IMG/VR virus record: IMGVR_UViG_3300048578_000409
Location: 1 to 37,793 of that record
Reading direction: 5' to 3' (one strand)
Length of the DNA: 37,793 bases
Source: a virus
Taxonomy: Duplodnaviria > Caudoviricetes
Below, piece by piece: positions 16,520 to 25,648 of the stretch; the first letter of the stretch is position 1, and each line of letters opens with the position of its first letter. The translations under genes and the position numbers were made by a program. The notes beneath the pieces were generated by a model. That model saw nothing but the letters and a program-made list of their open reading frames with translations, ran no database searches and was not told where the DNA came from.

Positions 16520-16573
16520 GTTGGTGGAGAGGCGGCGGTGAGTTGCCGGACCCGGTGCAAGCCCGGGGCCAAC
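16520..16573 (+). ncRNA. Minimal tRNA-like element (acceptor-like stem, one arm, T-arm; no D-arm)
   Basis: GTTGGT/GCCAAC stem; GGCGGC-GGTGA-GTTGCC arm; CCCGG-TGCAAGC-CCGGG 5-bp arm with a 7-nt loop. Confidence 0.45.
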
Positions 16574-16653
16574 ACAGCCAAGCCCTGGCCGAGTGGCAGG
16601 CGGGGTGATGCGATTCCGTCACTTTAGGCGGCCCCCTTGCAGGACTTGGCTGT

Positions 16654-16779
16654 GTTGGTGAATGCGCAGGCTGATGCGCGACGGAGCGGTGACGCCAAAA
16701 GGCGATAGCGTCCATATGTAGTGTGGAGTAATAACCCGGTAGTCCCCACACAAGCCGGAGATCAGTACCGGCCACCAAC
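16654..16779 (+). ncRNA. IsrK/C4-like phage cloverleaf RNA
   Basis: GTTGGTG/CACCAAC closing stem; GCGCA-GGCTGA-TGCGC; GCCGG-AGATCAGTA-CCGGC. The flanks resemble lambdoid IsrK/C4-type RNAs as recalled from memory. Confidence 0.6.
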
Positions 16780-16835
16780 TTCGTGTTGCAACAGCCAAGC
16801 GGGCCCGGCCGCGAATAGGGTCCGCGCCAATTTTT

Positions 16836-16863
16836 GAGCCGCCTTCGGGCGGCTTTGTCGTTT
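16836..16863 (+). terminator. Terminator-like hairpin before terS
   Basis: GAGCCGCC-TTCG-GGCGGCTT-TGTCGTTT. Confidence 0.65.
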
Positions 16864-16875
16864 CTGGAGGTTGCC

Positions 16876-17424
16876 ATGGGCGCGAGAGGACCGAAGCCGC
16901 TGCCGGGCAACGTGCATGTGCTGCGCGGCAACCCCAGCAAGAAGCCCGTTGCTTCGCTGCTGGATGAGTTCAATCCGGAAGTCGAGATTCCCAGCTTCCC
17001 CTCCTGGATCTGGCCGGAGGCCAAGAAGGAGTGGAAGCGGATCACCACCGAGCTGGAACGCTACGGCCTGATCAGCAAGCTGGATCGTGCTGCGCTGGTG
17101 CTGTACTGCCAGGCCTGGGCCAAGATGGTCTGGGGCGAAACCATGCTGGCCCGGGCTATGAAGCATGCCGAAGAAGCCCGGGCGAAGGCCGAAGAAGCCG
17201 GTCAGGATTACACCGGCGGCGACGGCATCATGATCAAGACCGCCAACGGCAACTTCACCTATTCCCACCATTGGGTGGTGGCCAAGCAGGCCGCCGAGCA
17301 GGTGAAGCGTTATCTCGACCTGTTCGGCCTGTCGCCCTCGGCGCGGACCAAGGTCACCGTTAGCGACAATCGGCAGCCTTCCCTATTCCAGGAGGGGACG
17401 CCAGACCAGTGGCATAGTCTATGA
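16876..17424 (+). CDS. terS: Terminase small subunit (P27 family)
   Basis: RGPKPLP..LRGNPSKK..AKKEWKR..LDRAALVLYCQAW..FGLSPSAR; GGAGG RBS. Confidence 0.92.
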   Translation: MGARGPKPLPGNVHVLRGNPSKKPVASLLDEFNPEVEIPSFPSWIWPEAKKEWKRITTELERYGLISKLDRAALVLYCQAWAKMVWGETMLARAMKHAEEARAKAEEAGQDYTGGDGIMIKTANGNFTYSHHWVVAKQAAEQVKRYLDLFGLSPSARTKVTVSDNRQPSLFQEGTPDQWHSL

Positions 17425-19190
17425 CCCAGTTGAGCCCGACCCACTTTGCCGACATCGCCACAGCGTATGCGCGGGATGTGGTGGAAGGACGGGTAATCAG
17501 CTGCAAGTGGCACCGCCTTGCCTGCCAGCGGCACCTCAAGGATCTGGAACGGGCAGAAGCCGGCGCCTTCCCCTACGTCTGGAACCCGGAACTCACCGAC
17601 CACAACGGCAAAGCCTTCCGTCCCGCCGAGCGCATTTGCAAGTTCGCCGAGCTCATGCCCCACATCAAGGGCGACTGGGCCGCCAAGCGCCAGCTCATCA
17701 AGCTCGAGCGCTGGCAGATATTCGTTCTGGCCAGCATTTTCGGCTGGATCAGCAAGATCAGCGGCAAGCGCCGCTTCCGTGTGGCGGACATCATCGTCCC
17801 GCGGAAGAACGCCAAATCCACTCTGGCAGCCGTCATCGGCCTCTACATGCTGGGAGTGGATGGCGAGTTCGGTGCCGAGGTCTATTCCGGCGCCACCTCC
17901 CAGGACCAGGCCATGGAAGTTTTCCGCCCGGCCCTGCTGATGGCCCGGGCCACGCCCCAGTTCTGCGCGAACTTCGGCGTAACGATCAACGCTTCGAACC
18001 TCTCCATTGCCGAGACCAACTCCAAGTTCGAGCCGGTGATCGGCAAGCCCGGCGACGGCGCCAGCCCCAGCTGCGCCATCGTGGATGAATACCACGAGCA
18101 CAAGACGTCCGACCTGTACGACACCATGCAGACTGGCATGGGTGCACGATCCCAGCCGCTGCTCCTGGGCATCACCACCGCCGGCGCCGACATTTCCGGC
18201 CCCTGCTTCCAGCACCAGGCCGAAGGCCAGAAGATCCTTGAAGGCGCCATCGAAAACGATCAGCGCTTCATCATCATCTTCACCATCGATGAAGGTGACG
18301 ACTGGACCAGCGAAGAAGCCCTGCGGAAAGCCAACCCAAACTATGGAATCTCGGTCGATGCCGAGTTCCTGCAGCTGCAGCAGCGCGATGCCGTCACCGA
18401 CCCGCGCAAGCAAAACGTATTCAAGACCAAGCACCTCAACATCTGGGTAGGTGCCGCGTCTCCCTGGCTCAATCTCAACAGCCTGCAGCTCGCCGGCGAC
18501 ACCAACCTGGACCTCGAAAGCCAGGAGTGGGAAGGCTGCGTTGTCGGTCTCGACCTGGCCAGCAAGCAGGATATCGCCGCCGCCGTATGGCTGGCCTGGA
18601 GAACAGAGCGCATCCATAACCCCGATACCGATGAATTCGGCCCGCCGCAGCGCCACTACTACGCATTTTCCCGCAACTACTCGCCCCAGGCGGCTGTAGA
18701 CAAGCCGGAGAACGCCAGCTATCAGGCCTGGGTCAATGGCGGCCACCTCATCGCCACCCCGGGCAACATGATCGCCCTGGAGCAGATCCAGGAAGACGTC
18801 ATTGAACGGAGCGGCCAGGTCGGGGTGCGCGAAGTCGTCAAAGACCCGTGGGGCGGCCACCAGCTCGGCGCCAACCTGGCAGAGCAGGGCCTGACGGTGG
18901 TGGACGTTCCCCAGCAGGTCCGCTACCTGTCCGACCCCATGAAGGAAATCCAGGCACTGGTCGATTCCGGCCGGTTCCACCACGACGGCAACCCCTGCTA
19001 CGTCTGGCAGATGAGCAACGTTGAAGTCTATCCAGACCGCAACGACAACATCTTCCCGCGCAAATCCAGGGCCTCGAACAAGATCGATGCCGCCGTGGCC
19101 ACCATCATCGCAATGAACCGCGCCCTGGCTGCCGAGCCGGAAGAATCGGCTCCCCTCGACGACTTCATCAACAATCCCATCTGCGGGTGA
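17421..19190 (+). CDS. terL: Terminase large subunit
   Basis: RRFR..VPRKNAKSTL, IVDEYHEH, ITTAG, GLDLASKQD, KIDAAVA. Confidence 0.97.
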   Translation: MTQLSPTHFADIATAYARDVVEGRVISCKWHRLACQRHLKDLERAEAGAFPYVWNPELTDHNGKAFRPAERICKFAELMPHIKGDWAAKRQLIKLERWQIFVLASIFGWISKISGKRRFRVADIIVPRKNAKSTLAAVIGLYMLGVDGEFGAEVYSGATSQDQAMEVFRPALLMARATPQFCANFGVTINASNLSIAETNSKFEPVIGKPGDGASPSCAIVDEYHEHKTSDLYDTMQTGMGARSQPLLLGITTAGADISGPCFQHQAEGQKILEGAIENDQRFIIIFTIDEGDDWTSEEALRKANPNYGISVDAEFLQLQQRDAVTDPRKQNVFKTKHLNIWVGAASPWLNLNSLQLAGDTNLDLESQEWEGCVVGLDLASKQDIAAAVWLAWRTERIHNPDTDEFGPPQRHYYAFSRNYSPQAAVDKPENASYQAWVNGGHLIATPGNMIALEQIQEDVIERSGQVGVREVVKDPWGGHQLGANLAEQGLTVVDVPQQVRYLSDPMKEIQALVDSGRFHHDGNPCYVWQMSNVEVYPDRNDNIFPRKSRASNKIDAAVATIIAMNRALAAEPEESAPLDDFINNPICG

Positions 19191-19197
19191 GCAAGAT

Positions 19198-20442
19198 ATG
19201 AATTTCTCAGGCCTGTTCGGTTGGGTAAGTGGTTTTGCCGGAGCTATTGGTGAGCGCTTTGGGAAGCTATTCAACCGCCCCTCTCGTTCCCTGGTAGAGG
19301 GGGCGAAAGTTCTGGCGGTGGATGATGCCCTGCAGATCTCCACCGTCTGGCGCTGCGTCGAACTTCTGGCCAGCACCATTTCCAGCATGCCGCTGTTTGT
19401 CTATCGCAGTGTCGATGGCATTCGGCAACTAGCCCGGGATGACCTGCTGTACCAGCTGCTGCACGACAGCCCCAATAATCGCATGACTCCGATGGAGTTC
19501 TGGGTTGCCATGCTCTTGAACCTGCTCCTGCGGGGAAACTGCTATGCGCGGATCGAGCGCCTAACCAATGGGAATGCCTACGCCCTATGGCCAATGCCGG
19601 CAGACCAGGTGGAGCCAGAGCTTCTGAATGACGGCACGCTGGTCTATTACTACCGAATCAACAATGACCTTGCAGTTTTGTCAGCCGAAAACGTCCTCCA
19701 CATCAAAGGCATGGGGAACGGAACCATCGGACTGTCACGGCTGGAGTTCATGCGCAGTTCCACCAGTGAGGCGGCCAATGCCCAGGCGGCGGCAAATCGC
19801 CTGTTTGCCAACAATGGCAAGCCGTCGGGAATCCTGATGGTAGATCAGGTCCTGAGGAAGGAGCAACGCGACGCCATCAAGGCGAACTTTATTGAAATGG
19901 CGGAAGGCGGAACCAGCCGGTTGCATGTGCTGGAAGCCGATATGAAGTACCAGCAGATCAACTTGACGCCAGAAGAGCAGCAGCTCCTGGAAACCCGGCA
20001 GTACAGCGTTGAAGAGTTGTGCCGCTGGTTCGGCGTTCCTCCCGTCCTGGTCGGGCATAGCAACGTCACGGCCTGGGGCAGCGGTATCGCCGAGATTGTG
20101 GATGGCTTCCACAAGCTTACGGTCCGCCCGGCTGTTGTCAGTATCGAGCAGGCCATCACCAAGCGGGTGCTTACCCCAGCCCAGCGGGCCAGGCTTAGCG
20201 TTGAGTTCAACTTCGATGCCCTACTGCGGGCCAGTCTCAAAGATCGCATGGAGATCTACGCCAAGGCGACCCAGAACGGTATCAAAACCAGAAACGAATG
20301 CCGGCAGCTGGAAAACGACCCCCCCCTGAAGGGTGGCGATGAACTGACGGCCCAGACCAACCTCGCGCCGTTGCACATGCTCGGCAAGCTCGCAAAACCA
20401 GGAGTCGGCAATGCTGCTCAAGAAAACGCTACAGCTCAGTGA
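19198..20442 (+). CDS. HK97-family portal protein
   Basis: ALQISTVWRCVELLA..LLHDSPNNRMT..LLRGNCY..QLLETRQ..FGVPP. Confidence 0.96.
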   Translation: MNFSGLFGWVSGFAGAIGERFGKLFNRPSRSLVEGAKVLAVDDALQISTVWRCVELLASTISSMPLFVYRSVDGIRQLARDDLLYQLLHDSPNNRMTPMEFWVAMLLNLLLRGNCYARIERLTNGNAYALWPMPADQVEPELLNDGTLVYYYRINNDLAVLSAENVLHIKGMGNGTIGLSRLEFMRSSTSEAANAQAAANRLFANNGKPSGILMVDQVLRKEQRDAIKANFIEMAEGGTSRLHVLEADMKYQQINLTPEEQQLLETRQYSVEELCRWFGVPPVLVGHSNVTAWGSGIAEIVDGFHKLTVRPAVVSIEQAITKRVLTPAQRARLSVEFNFDALLRASLKDRMEIYAKATQNGIKTRNECRQLENDPPLKGGDELTAQTNLAPLHMLGKLAKPGVGNAAQENATAQ

Positions 20443-21112
20443 GTGCGACATCAAGCTGGATGGTGATACCGGGAAGTTCTCCGGTTACGCCTCGGTATTC
20501 GGCGGCGTCGATAGCTACGGCGACACCATTCTCCGTGGTGCGTTCGAATCATCCCTGCGGACCTATGGCAAGCCGAAGATGTTCTACGGACATGTGTGGG
20601 ATATGCCCATCGGAAAGTGGACCGTAGCCAAAGAAGACGACCATGGCCTTTATGTTGAAGGGGAACTGACGCCTGGCCTGAGCAAGGCCAATGATGTTCA
20701 CGCCGCCCTGCGGCATGGAACGCTCGATGGTCTTTCCATCGGCGGCTTCATCAAAAAGGGTGATTACGACGAAACAGATCAAGGCGGGCGGATCATCCGA
20801 AAGTGGTCCAAGCTCGTTGAAACATCGCCGGTCGTCTTCCCTGCTGATTCCGCTGCTCGCATCGACCTATCCAGCGTCAAGAGTGCGGACCTGGAAGATG
20901 CGATCGGCAGTATTGAAACCATCCGCGATTTTGAGCGCTTCCTGCGGGATGCAGGCGGCCTCTCCAAAGGGCTGACCGAGGCGCTGGTCAGCCGCGCCAA
21001 GAGCATCTTTGTCCGGGGGGAGCCCGGCCAGGAGGCGCTTGAGGCGAAAGCCGCGCAGGAAATCCAGGAGCGCCTCGATCGCTTCAAGGTTCCTGCGTCG
21101 CTCATCGGCTGA
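20411..21112 (+). CDS. HK97 prohead protease
   Basis: FSGYASVFGGVDSYGD..GH..PIGKW..GLYVEG..GLSIG..ETSPVVFPA. Confidence 0.95.
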   Translation: MLLKKTLQLSECDIKLDGDTGKFSGYASVFGGVDSYGDTILRGAFESSLRTYGKPKMFYGHVWDMPIGKWTVAKEDDHGLYVEGELTPGLSKANDVHAALRHGTLDGLSIGGFIKKGDYDETDQGGRIIRKWSKLVETSPVVFPADSAARIDLSSVKSADLEDAIGSIETIRDFERFLRDAGGLSKGLTEALVSRAKSIFVRGEPGQEALEAKAAQEIQERLDRFKVPASLIG

Positions 21113-21132
21113 CGCGCCAAACCACCCCTACC

Positions 21133-21156
21133 AGCCCGCGCTTCAGCGGGCTTTTT
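21133..21156 (+). terminator. Terminator-like hairpin before the capsid gene
   Basis: AGCCCGC-GCTTCA-GCGGGCT-TTTT. Confidence 0.6.
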
Positions 21157-21171
21157 CATTTGGAGAACCGT

Positions 21172-22335
21172 ATGTCCGAACAAGTGATGAAGCAGCTCGA
21201 TCAGATCGAAGCCAACCTCAAGTCCTTCTCCGAGAAGGCAACCCAAGAAATAAAGGAAACCGGCAAGGTAGCGGCCGATACCAAGGCCGCTATCGAAGGT
21301 CTGGGTAACCAGCAGCGTGAGCTGGCCGATCGCCTCCTGCAGCTGGAACAGCGCGGCACCCAGCAGAACGATACCGAGATCAAGTCCGAGAGCTGGGGCC
21401 AGCAGTTCATCAAGTCCGCCGAGTACAAGAGCCTGAACTTCGGCGGCCGCGTCGGGGTCGGTGTCGAGGTCAAGAACACGGTGGTCACCAGTGACACCAC
21501 GGTAGCCCCGGATCGTAAGCCCGGTATCGTGGGTGGTGCCTTCCGTCAGTTCCGCCTGGAAGAAGTGCTGAACAGCGCGCCTACCACTTCCAGCTCCATC
21601 GAATACACCCGTGAAAACGTTTTCACCAATGCCGCCGCTGAGACGGCTGAAGGTGGTGCGCTCCCCGAGTCTTCCATCACCTTCACCCTGGACAACGTCC
21701 CGGTTCAGGCGGTGGGCCACTTCATCAAGATCAGCCGCCAGCTGGCTGCTGATAATGCCGCCCTGGCCGCCTACATCAATCTGCGCATGAAGTATGGCGT
21801 CGATCTGAAGGTGGAAAACCAGATTTTTGCGGGTAACGGCACCACGCCCAACCTCTCCGGCCTGTCCAAGGCTGGCAACTACACCGCCCACGGCTACACC
21901 GCTGCCGCCCTGACTGCGCTGGGCCTTTCGCCCACCAATCGCTTCGACATCATCGGCAAGTGCCTTGGCGATTGCTGGGCTGCCGACTACCCCGCCAATG
22001 CCATCCTGCTGAACCCGGCTGACTGGTGGACCATGCGCCTGACCAAGGACTCCCAGGGCCGCTACCTCCTGGGTGACCCCGACAAGGAAGCTCCGCCCAT
22101 GCTGTTTGGTACCCCCGTGGTGCAGAGCAACGCGGTCACGGCCGATACCTTCCAGGTCGGTGCCTACAACATGGCTGCCACCAAGTACGACCGTGAGAGC
22201 GTCATCATCGAGCTGTCCGACTCCGATGGCGACAACTTCCAGAAAATGCTGGTGACTGTCCGTGCTGTCCGCCGTCTGGCCCTGGCGGTGGAACGTCCTG
22301 CCTCCATCCGCGGTGGTGATCTGACCCCGGCCTAA
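21172..22335 (+). CDS. HK97-fold major capsid protein
   Basis: N-terminal coiled-coil delta domain; AETAEGGALPES, ISRQL, LLNPADW, RLALAVERP. Confidence 0.96.
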   Translation: MSEQVMKQLDQIEANLKSFSEKATQEIKETGKVAADTKAAIEGLGNQQRELADRLLQLEQRGTQQNDTEIKSESWGQQFIKSAEYKSLNFGGRVGVGVEVKNTVVTSDTTVAPDRKPGIVGGAFRQFRLEEVLNSAPTTSSSIEYTRENVFTNAAAETAEGGALPESSITFTLDNVPVQAVGHFIKISRQLAADNAALAAYINLRMKYGVDLKVENQIFAGNGTTPNLSGLSKAGNYTAHGYTAAALTALGLSPTNRFDIIGKCLGDCWAADYPANAILLNPADWWTMRLTKDSQGRYLLGDPDKEAPPMLFGTPVVQSNAVTADTFQVGAYNMAATKYDRESVIIELSDSDGDNFQKMLVTVRAVRRLALAVERPASIRGGDLTPA

Positions 22336-22385
22336 CCCAGTCCATCAACCCATCCCCGGGCCTCGGCCCGGGGTAGGAGACAAGC

Positions 22386-22751
22386 ATGTCTGATCTCGTC
22401 CAAGTGAAAATCAAGGGCATGGTTATTACTGCCCAGTATGGAACGCTGTCTGCCGGCACCATTCTCCGTACCACCCCGGCCTTCGCCAAGCATCTCGTCG
22501 AAGACTGCCAGGCTGCCGAGTACGTCACTTCCAAGGCAGCGCCGGCGGAAGTAAAAAAGGTGTCAGCCAAGGGCAGTGGTTCCAAAAAGAAGCCTCAGAT
22601 CACAACGCCTCCTGAAGCCGTTGCTGTTCTGGAAGCCGCCATCGCCGAGCTGCAGACTCGTCTGGCCGAAGCTGCGGAAGAAGCCAAGCCCGACCTGGAA
22701 GCCGAGCTGCAGGCCAAGCAGGCCGAACTGGCCCAGCTGCAGGGCGAGTAA
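22386..22751 (+). CDS. Hypothetical head-associated protein
   Basis: AGGAG RBS; lies between the capsid and connector genes. Confidence 0.7.
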   Translation: MSDLVQVKIKGMVITAQYGTLSAGTILRTTPAFAKHLVEDCQAAEYVTSKAAPAEVKKVSAKGSGSKKKPQITTPPEAVAVLEAAIAELQTRLAEAAEEAKPDLEAELQAKQAELAQLQGE

Positions 22752-22763
22752 GGGGAGGGCGCC

Positions 22764-23339
22764 GTGGGATTGGTCCTCGTTGAAGGCCCGACCGAGGAGC
22801 CCATTTCCCTCGCGCAGGCCAAAATTCACCTGCGGGCGGATTACGATGATGACGACACCCTCATCAGCGCCCTGATCGTTGCAGCCCGCCAGCTCGCCGA
22901 AAACAACATGCGCCGGGCCATCATGCCCCAGACCTGGCGTCTGTCCCTGGATTCCTTCCCGGTGGCCGGCATCGTTCTGCCGCGCCCGCCGCTGATTTCG
23001 GTCACCAGTGTTTCCTATCTGGATGCCGCTGGTGATCGGCAGGTGCTGGCTGAGGGGGGCTACCGGGTGCAGACGTCTGCACTTGAGGCCATCGTCCGCC
23101 CCCTGTACGGCCAGTGCTGGCCCCAGGCCCGTCGCGATGCCGAGTCGGTCCAGGTCGAGTACCGGGCCGGCTATGCCGATGCTGCCGCCGTCCCCGCCGC
23201 CATCAAGCAATGGCTACTGCTCTGCATCGGCACCTGGTACGCCAACCGGGAAAGCGCCACCAGCAGCAAGCTGGAAACGCTTCCCCGCGGCCACTGGGAT
23301 TCCCTGCTCGATGCCTACACCGTATGGGGGTACGAATGA
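22764..23339 (+). CDS. Head-tail connector protein
   Basis: EEPISLAQAKIHLR..DDTLISALIVAAR..VPAAIKQWLL..WYANRE; GTG start. Confidence 0.9.
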   Translation: MGLVLVEGPTEEPISLAQAKIHLRADYDDDDTLISALIVAARQLAENNMRRAIMPQTWRLSLDSFPVAGIVLPRPPLISVTSVSYLDAAGDRQVLAEGGYRVQTSALEAIVRPLYGQCWPQARRDAESVQVEYRAGYADAAAVPAAIKQWLLLCIGTWYANRESATSSKLETLPRGHWDSLLDAYTVWGYE

Positions 23340-23653
23340 TTGCCGCCGGAGAACTCGACAAGCGCATCACCATCGAACGCCGTACCGGCACCAAGGACCC
23401 ACTAGGTCAGATGATCGAATCCTGGGTCGAGGTGGCACGGCCCTGGGCCAACATTCGCTATCCCTCCGGGCTGGCCACGATCAAGGCTGGCGCGGATGTG
23501 TCGGCGGTCAAGGCCAGCATCCGCATTCGCCACCGTTCCGGCCTCGATGCAGGCATGCGGGCCCGCTACCTGACCGAAGTGTTCGATATCAAGGCCGTGC
23601 TGCCTGATCGGCGGCGCGAATACATCGATCTGGTGTGTGAGGTCGTCAAGTGA
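23336..23653 (+). CDS. Head-closure / head-tail adaptor protein
   Basis: AGELDKRITIER..WANIR..IRIRHR..FDIKAV. Confidence 0.88.
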   Translation: MIAAGELDKRITIERRTGTKDPLGQMIESWVEVARPWANIRYPSGLATIKAGADVSAVKASIRIRHRSGLDAGMRARYLTEVFDIKAVLPDRRREYIDLVCEVVK

Positions 23654-24084
23654 CCATGAAGATCACCATGGATGTAGCTGGCTTCAAGCGCCAACTGCGC
23701 CAGAAAGTTGACGATCTTGGGAAGGCTACCCGCCCGGCGGCCCAGGCCGGTGCCCAGGTCATCTATGACCGGGCCCGGGAGCTGGTGCCGGTATCCAAGG
23801 CCGCCCATATGTTCTACGGAACACACAACATCTATGGACCCTACAGCCCGGGAAACCTACGATCCGCGATCTACCAGGTCTTCTCTAAAGACAACAGCTA
23901 CCGGGACGTCTCAACCTACCACATCAGCTGGAATGCCGATAAAGCACCTTACGGTGCCATGGTTGAGTGGGGTACCAGTACCGCCCCGGCTAAATCCTTC
24001 ATAGGAAGGGCTATTCAGGAGACCCGCTCAACGGTCCGCGACGTCATGAAAAAGCGCTATCTCGAGGAGTTGACCAATTCATGA
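23650..24084 (+). CDS. HK97 gp10-like neck protein
   Basis: GNLRSAI..YGAMVEWGTS..AKSFI. Confidence 0.85.
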   Translation: MTMKITMDVAGFKRQLRQKVDDLGKATRPAAQAGAQVIYDRARELVPVSKAAHMFYGTHNIYGPYSPGNLRSAIYQVFSKDNSYRDVSTYHISWNADKAPYGAMVEWGTSTAPAKSFIGRAIQETRSTVRDVMKKRYLEELTNS

Positions 24085-24431
24085 TGGAAGCCGACCTGGC
24101 CACCTTGCTGGCCGCCATCTGCGAGCGGGTATTCCCCGATGTGGCGCCGCCGGGAACCGAGGTTCCCTATCTCACCTGGCAAGCCTTCGGCGGTGAATCC
24201 ATCCGCTACGGCGATGGAACGCCGCCGGACAAGCGCAACACCGGCATGCAGATCAACGCCTGGGCCAGTAGCCGCCTCGAGGCGCTGCAGCTGATCCACC
24301 AGGTGGAGAATGCCGTCTGTGCCGCCACTTCCTGGCAGGCAAAGCCGCTCGGTGAGGCTGTCTCCGATCACGAAGCCGATACCCAGCGCTACGGCAGCAA
24401 GCAGCGATTCAACATCTGGGCTCCCAGATAA
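24081..24431 (+). CDS. Tail terminator (DUF3168-like)
   Basis: RVFPDVAP..PYLTWQ..MQINAWA; position before the tail tube gene. Confidence 0.8.
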   Translation: MMEADLATLLAAICERVFPDVAPPGTEVPYLTWQAFGGESIRYGDGTPPDKRNTGMQINAWASSRLEALQLIHQVENAVCAATSWQAKPLGEAVSDHEADTQRYGSKQRFNIWAPR

Positions 24432-24482
24432 CCGAACCCCCGCCTCAAGCGGGAAACCCGGGCGCCGCCCGTTCCAGACCAT

Positions 24483-24504
24483 ACCCGCCCTGAGCGGGTT
24501 TTTT
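24483..24504 (+). terminator. Terminator-like hairpin before the tail tube gene
   Basis: ACCCGC-CCTGA-GCGGGT-TTTTT. Confidence 0.6.
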
Positions 24505-24524
24505 GCTTTTAGAAAGGCCCAATC

Positions 24525-25172
24525 ATGGCAACGCTTCCCTCCGGCACCATCCTGGCGGTCGCTACCGCTTTCTCCACTTCCAAGCCTGTCAGCGGCATTT
24601 CCAACGCCGCCGAAGCCGTCATCTCCTGCACTGCCCACGGTTTTGCCAACGGCGACATCGTGCAGCTCTACTCCGCCTGGGGCCGGCTCAATCGCCGCGC
24701 CGTGCGTGTCAAATCCACCGCTGCCGACAGTTTTGTGGCGGAGGGCATCGATACCACCAATACCGAGTTCTTCCCCGCCGGCGGCGGTGTCGGCACGGTG
24801 CGCAAGGTCACCACCTTCACCCAGATCAGCAGCTACCTCAACGTCAGCCAGTCCGGCGGCGAGCCGAAGAACGTCGCGGTCAAGTTCATGGACCAGGACA
24901 ACGAGATCAACCTCAACGACGGCTTCTCCGCCGTCACCGAGTCCTTCGATATCGATTCCGACCAGTTCGGCACCGCCGGCTACAACGCCCTGCGCTCCCT
25001 TTCCGAGGTCCAGACGGACACCATCCTGAAGAAGACCCTCAAGAACGGCTCCCAGATCTTCACCCCCTGCACCGTGGCGTTGAACGAGAACCCCAAGCTC
25101 ACCGACGGTCAGATCATGACCAACACGGTCTCCGTCAACGGCAACGGCCGCCTGACTCGCTATTCCGCCTAG
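24525..25172 (+). CDS. Major tail (tube) protein
   Basis: LPSGT..ISNAAEAV..HGFANGD..W.RLN.R..IDTT..FPAGGG.G..SGGE. Confidence 0.9.
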   Translation: MATLPSGTILAVATAFSTSKPVSGISNAAEAVISCTAHGFANGDIVQLYSAWGRLNRRAVRVKSTAADSFVAEGIDTTNTEFFPAGGGVGTVRKVTTFTQISSYLNVSQSGGEPKNVAVKFMDQDNEINLNDGFSAVTESFDIDSDQFGTAGYNALRSLSEVQTDTILKKTLKNGSQIFTPCTVALNENPKLTDGQIMTNTVSVNGNGRLTRYSA

Positions 25173-25261
25173 CCATCGCTCCACGCTCCAGGCCCGCAGA
25201 TTGCTGCGGGCCTGCCCTGGCGAGTGGGCTTTACCCCTGAAAAATACAGAGAGACTTTCAC

Positions 25262-25648
25262 ATGGCCAACGTCGTCAAGCTGGGCCGCCGGCCCAAGGTA
25301 TTCAAGGAAATCAGCGTCCACCTCACCCTGCCGGATGGCAGCGAAGGCCTGATTCCTGTGACCTTCAAGTACATGGAAAAGACCGAGTACGGCGCCTGGA
25401 AGGACAAGCTGGCCGCCGTGGCCAAGACCCTGGCCAAAGACGGCGAGTTTTCCTGGGAGGCCGTCTATGAGGCTTCCGGCAGTGCTGCCGTCGATGCCCT
25501 GCTGGAAGTGATCGAGTCCTGGGGGCTGGATGAACCCCTGGGCCGCGACGCCCTTCTGCAGCTGGAAGAAGAGTGCGGCGCCGGCGCGTTCCCGGCCCTG
25601 TTCGAAGCCTTCGGCCGCGCCTGTCTGGAGGGCCGCCTGGGAAACTGA
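25262..25648 (+). CDS. Tail assembly chaperone (gpG-like)
   Basis: Follows the tube gene; ends EGRLGN at the slippery sequence GGGAAAC. Confidence 0.85.
   Translation: MANVVKLGRRPKVFKEISVHLTLPDGSEGLIPVTFKYMEKTEYGAWKDKLAAVAKTLAKDGEFSWEAVYEASGSAAVDALLEVIESWGLDEPLGRDALLQLEEECGAGAFPALFEAFGRACLEGRLGN

Noticed and set aside
16583-16650. TGGCCGAGTGG as part of a genuine tRNA gene
   Set aside because: It is D-loop-like only. There is no T-arm or canonical anticodon arm at the right spacing.
16669-16700. CTGATG as a hammerhead ribozyme core
   Set aside because: It reads CTGATGC rather than CUGAnGA, and there is no properly placed GAAA or three-stem junction.
16482-16860. Minus-strand ORFs across the cos-terS spacer
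   Set aside because: They have no convincing RBS or protein-like composition. Extensive base-pairing explains the region better.
17310-19388. Long antisense ORFs (692 aa here; also 3108-4487, 11584-12969, 13420-14802, 30672-32360)
   Set aside because: They are shadows of GC-rich codon usage opposite clearly identifiable genes and carry no motifs.
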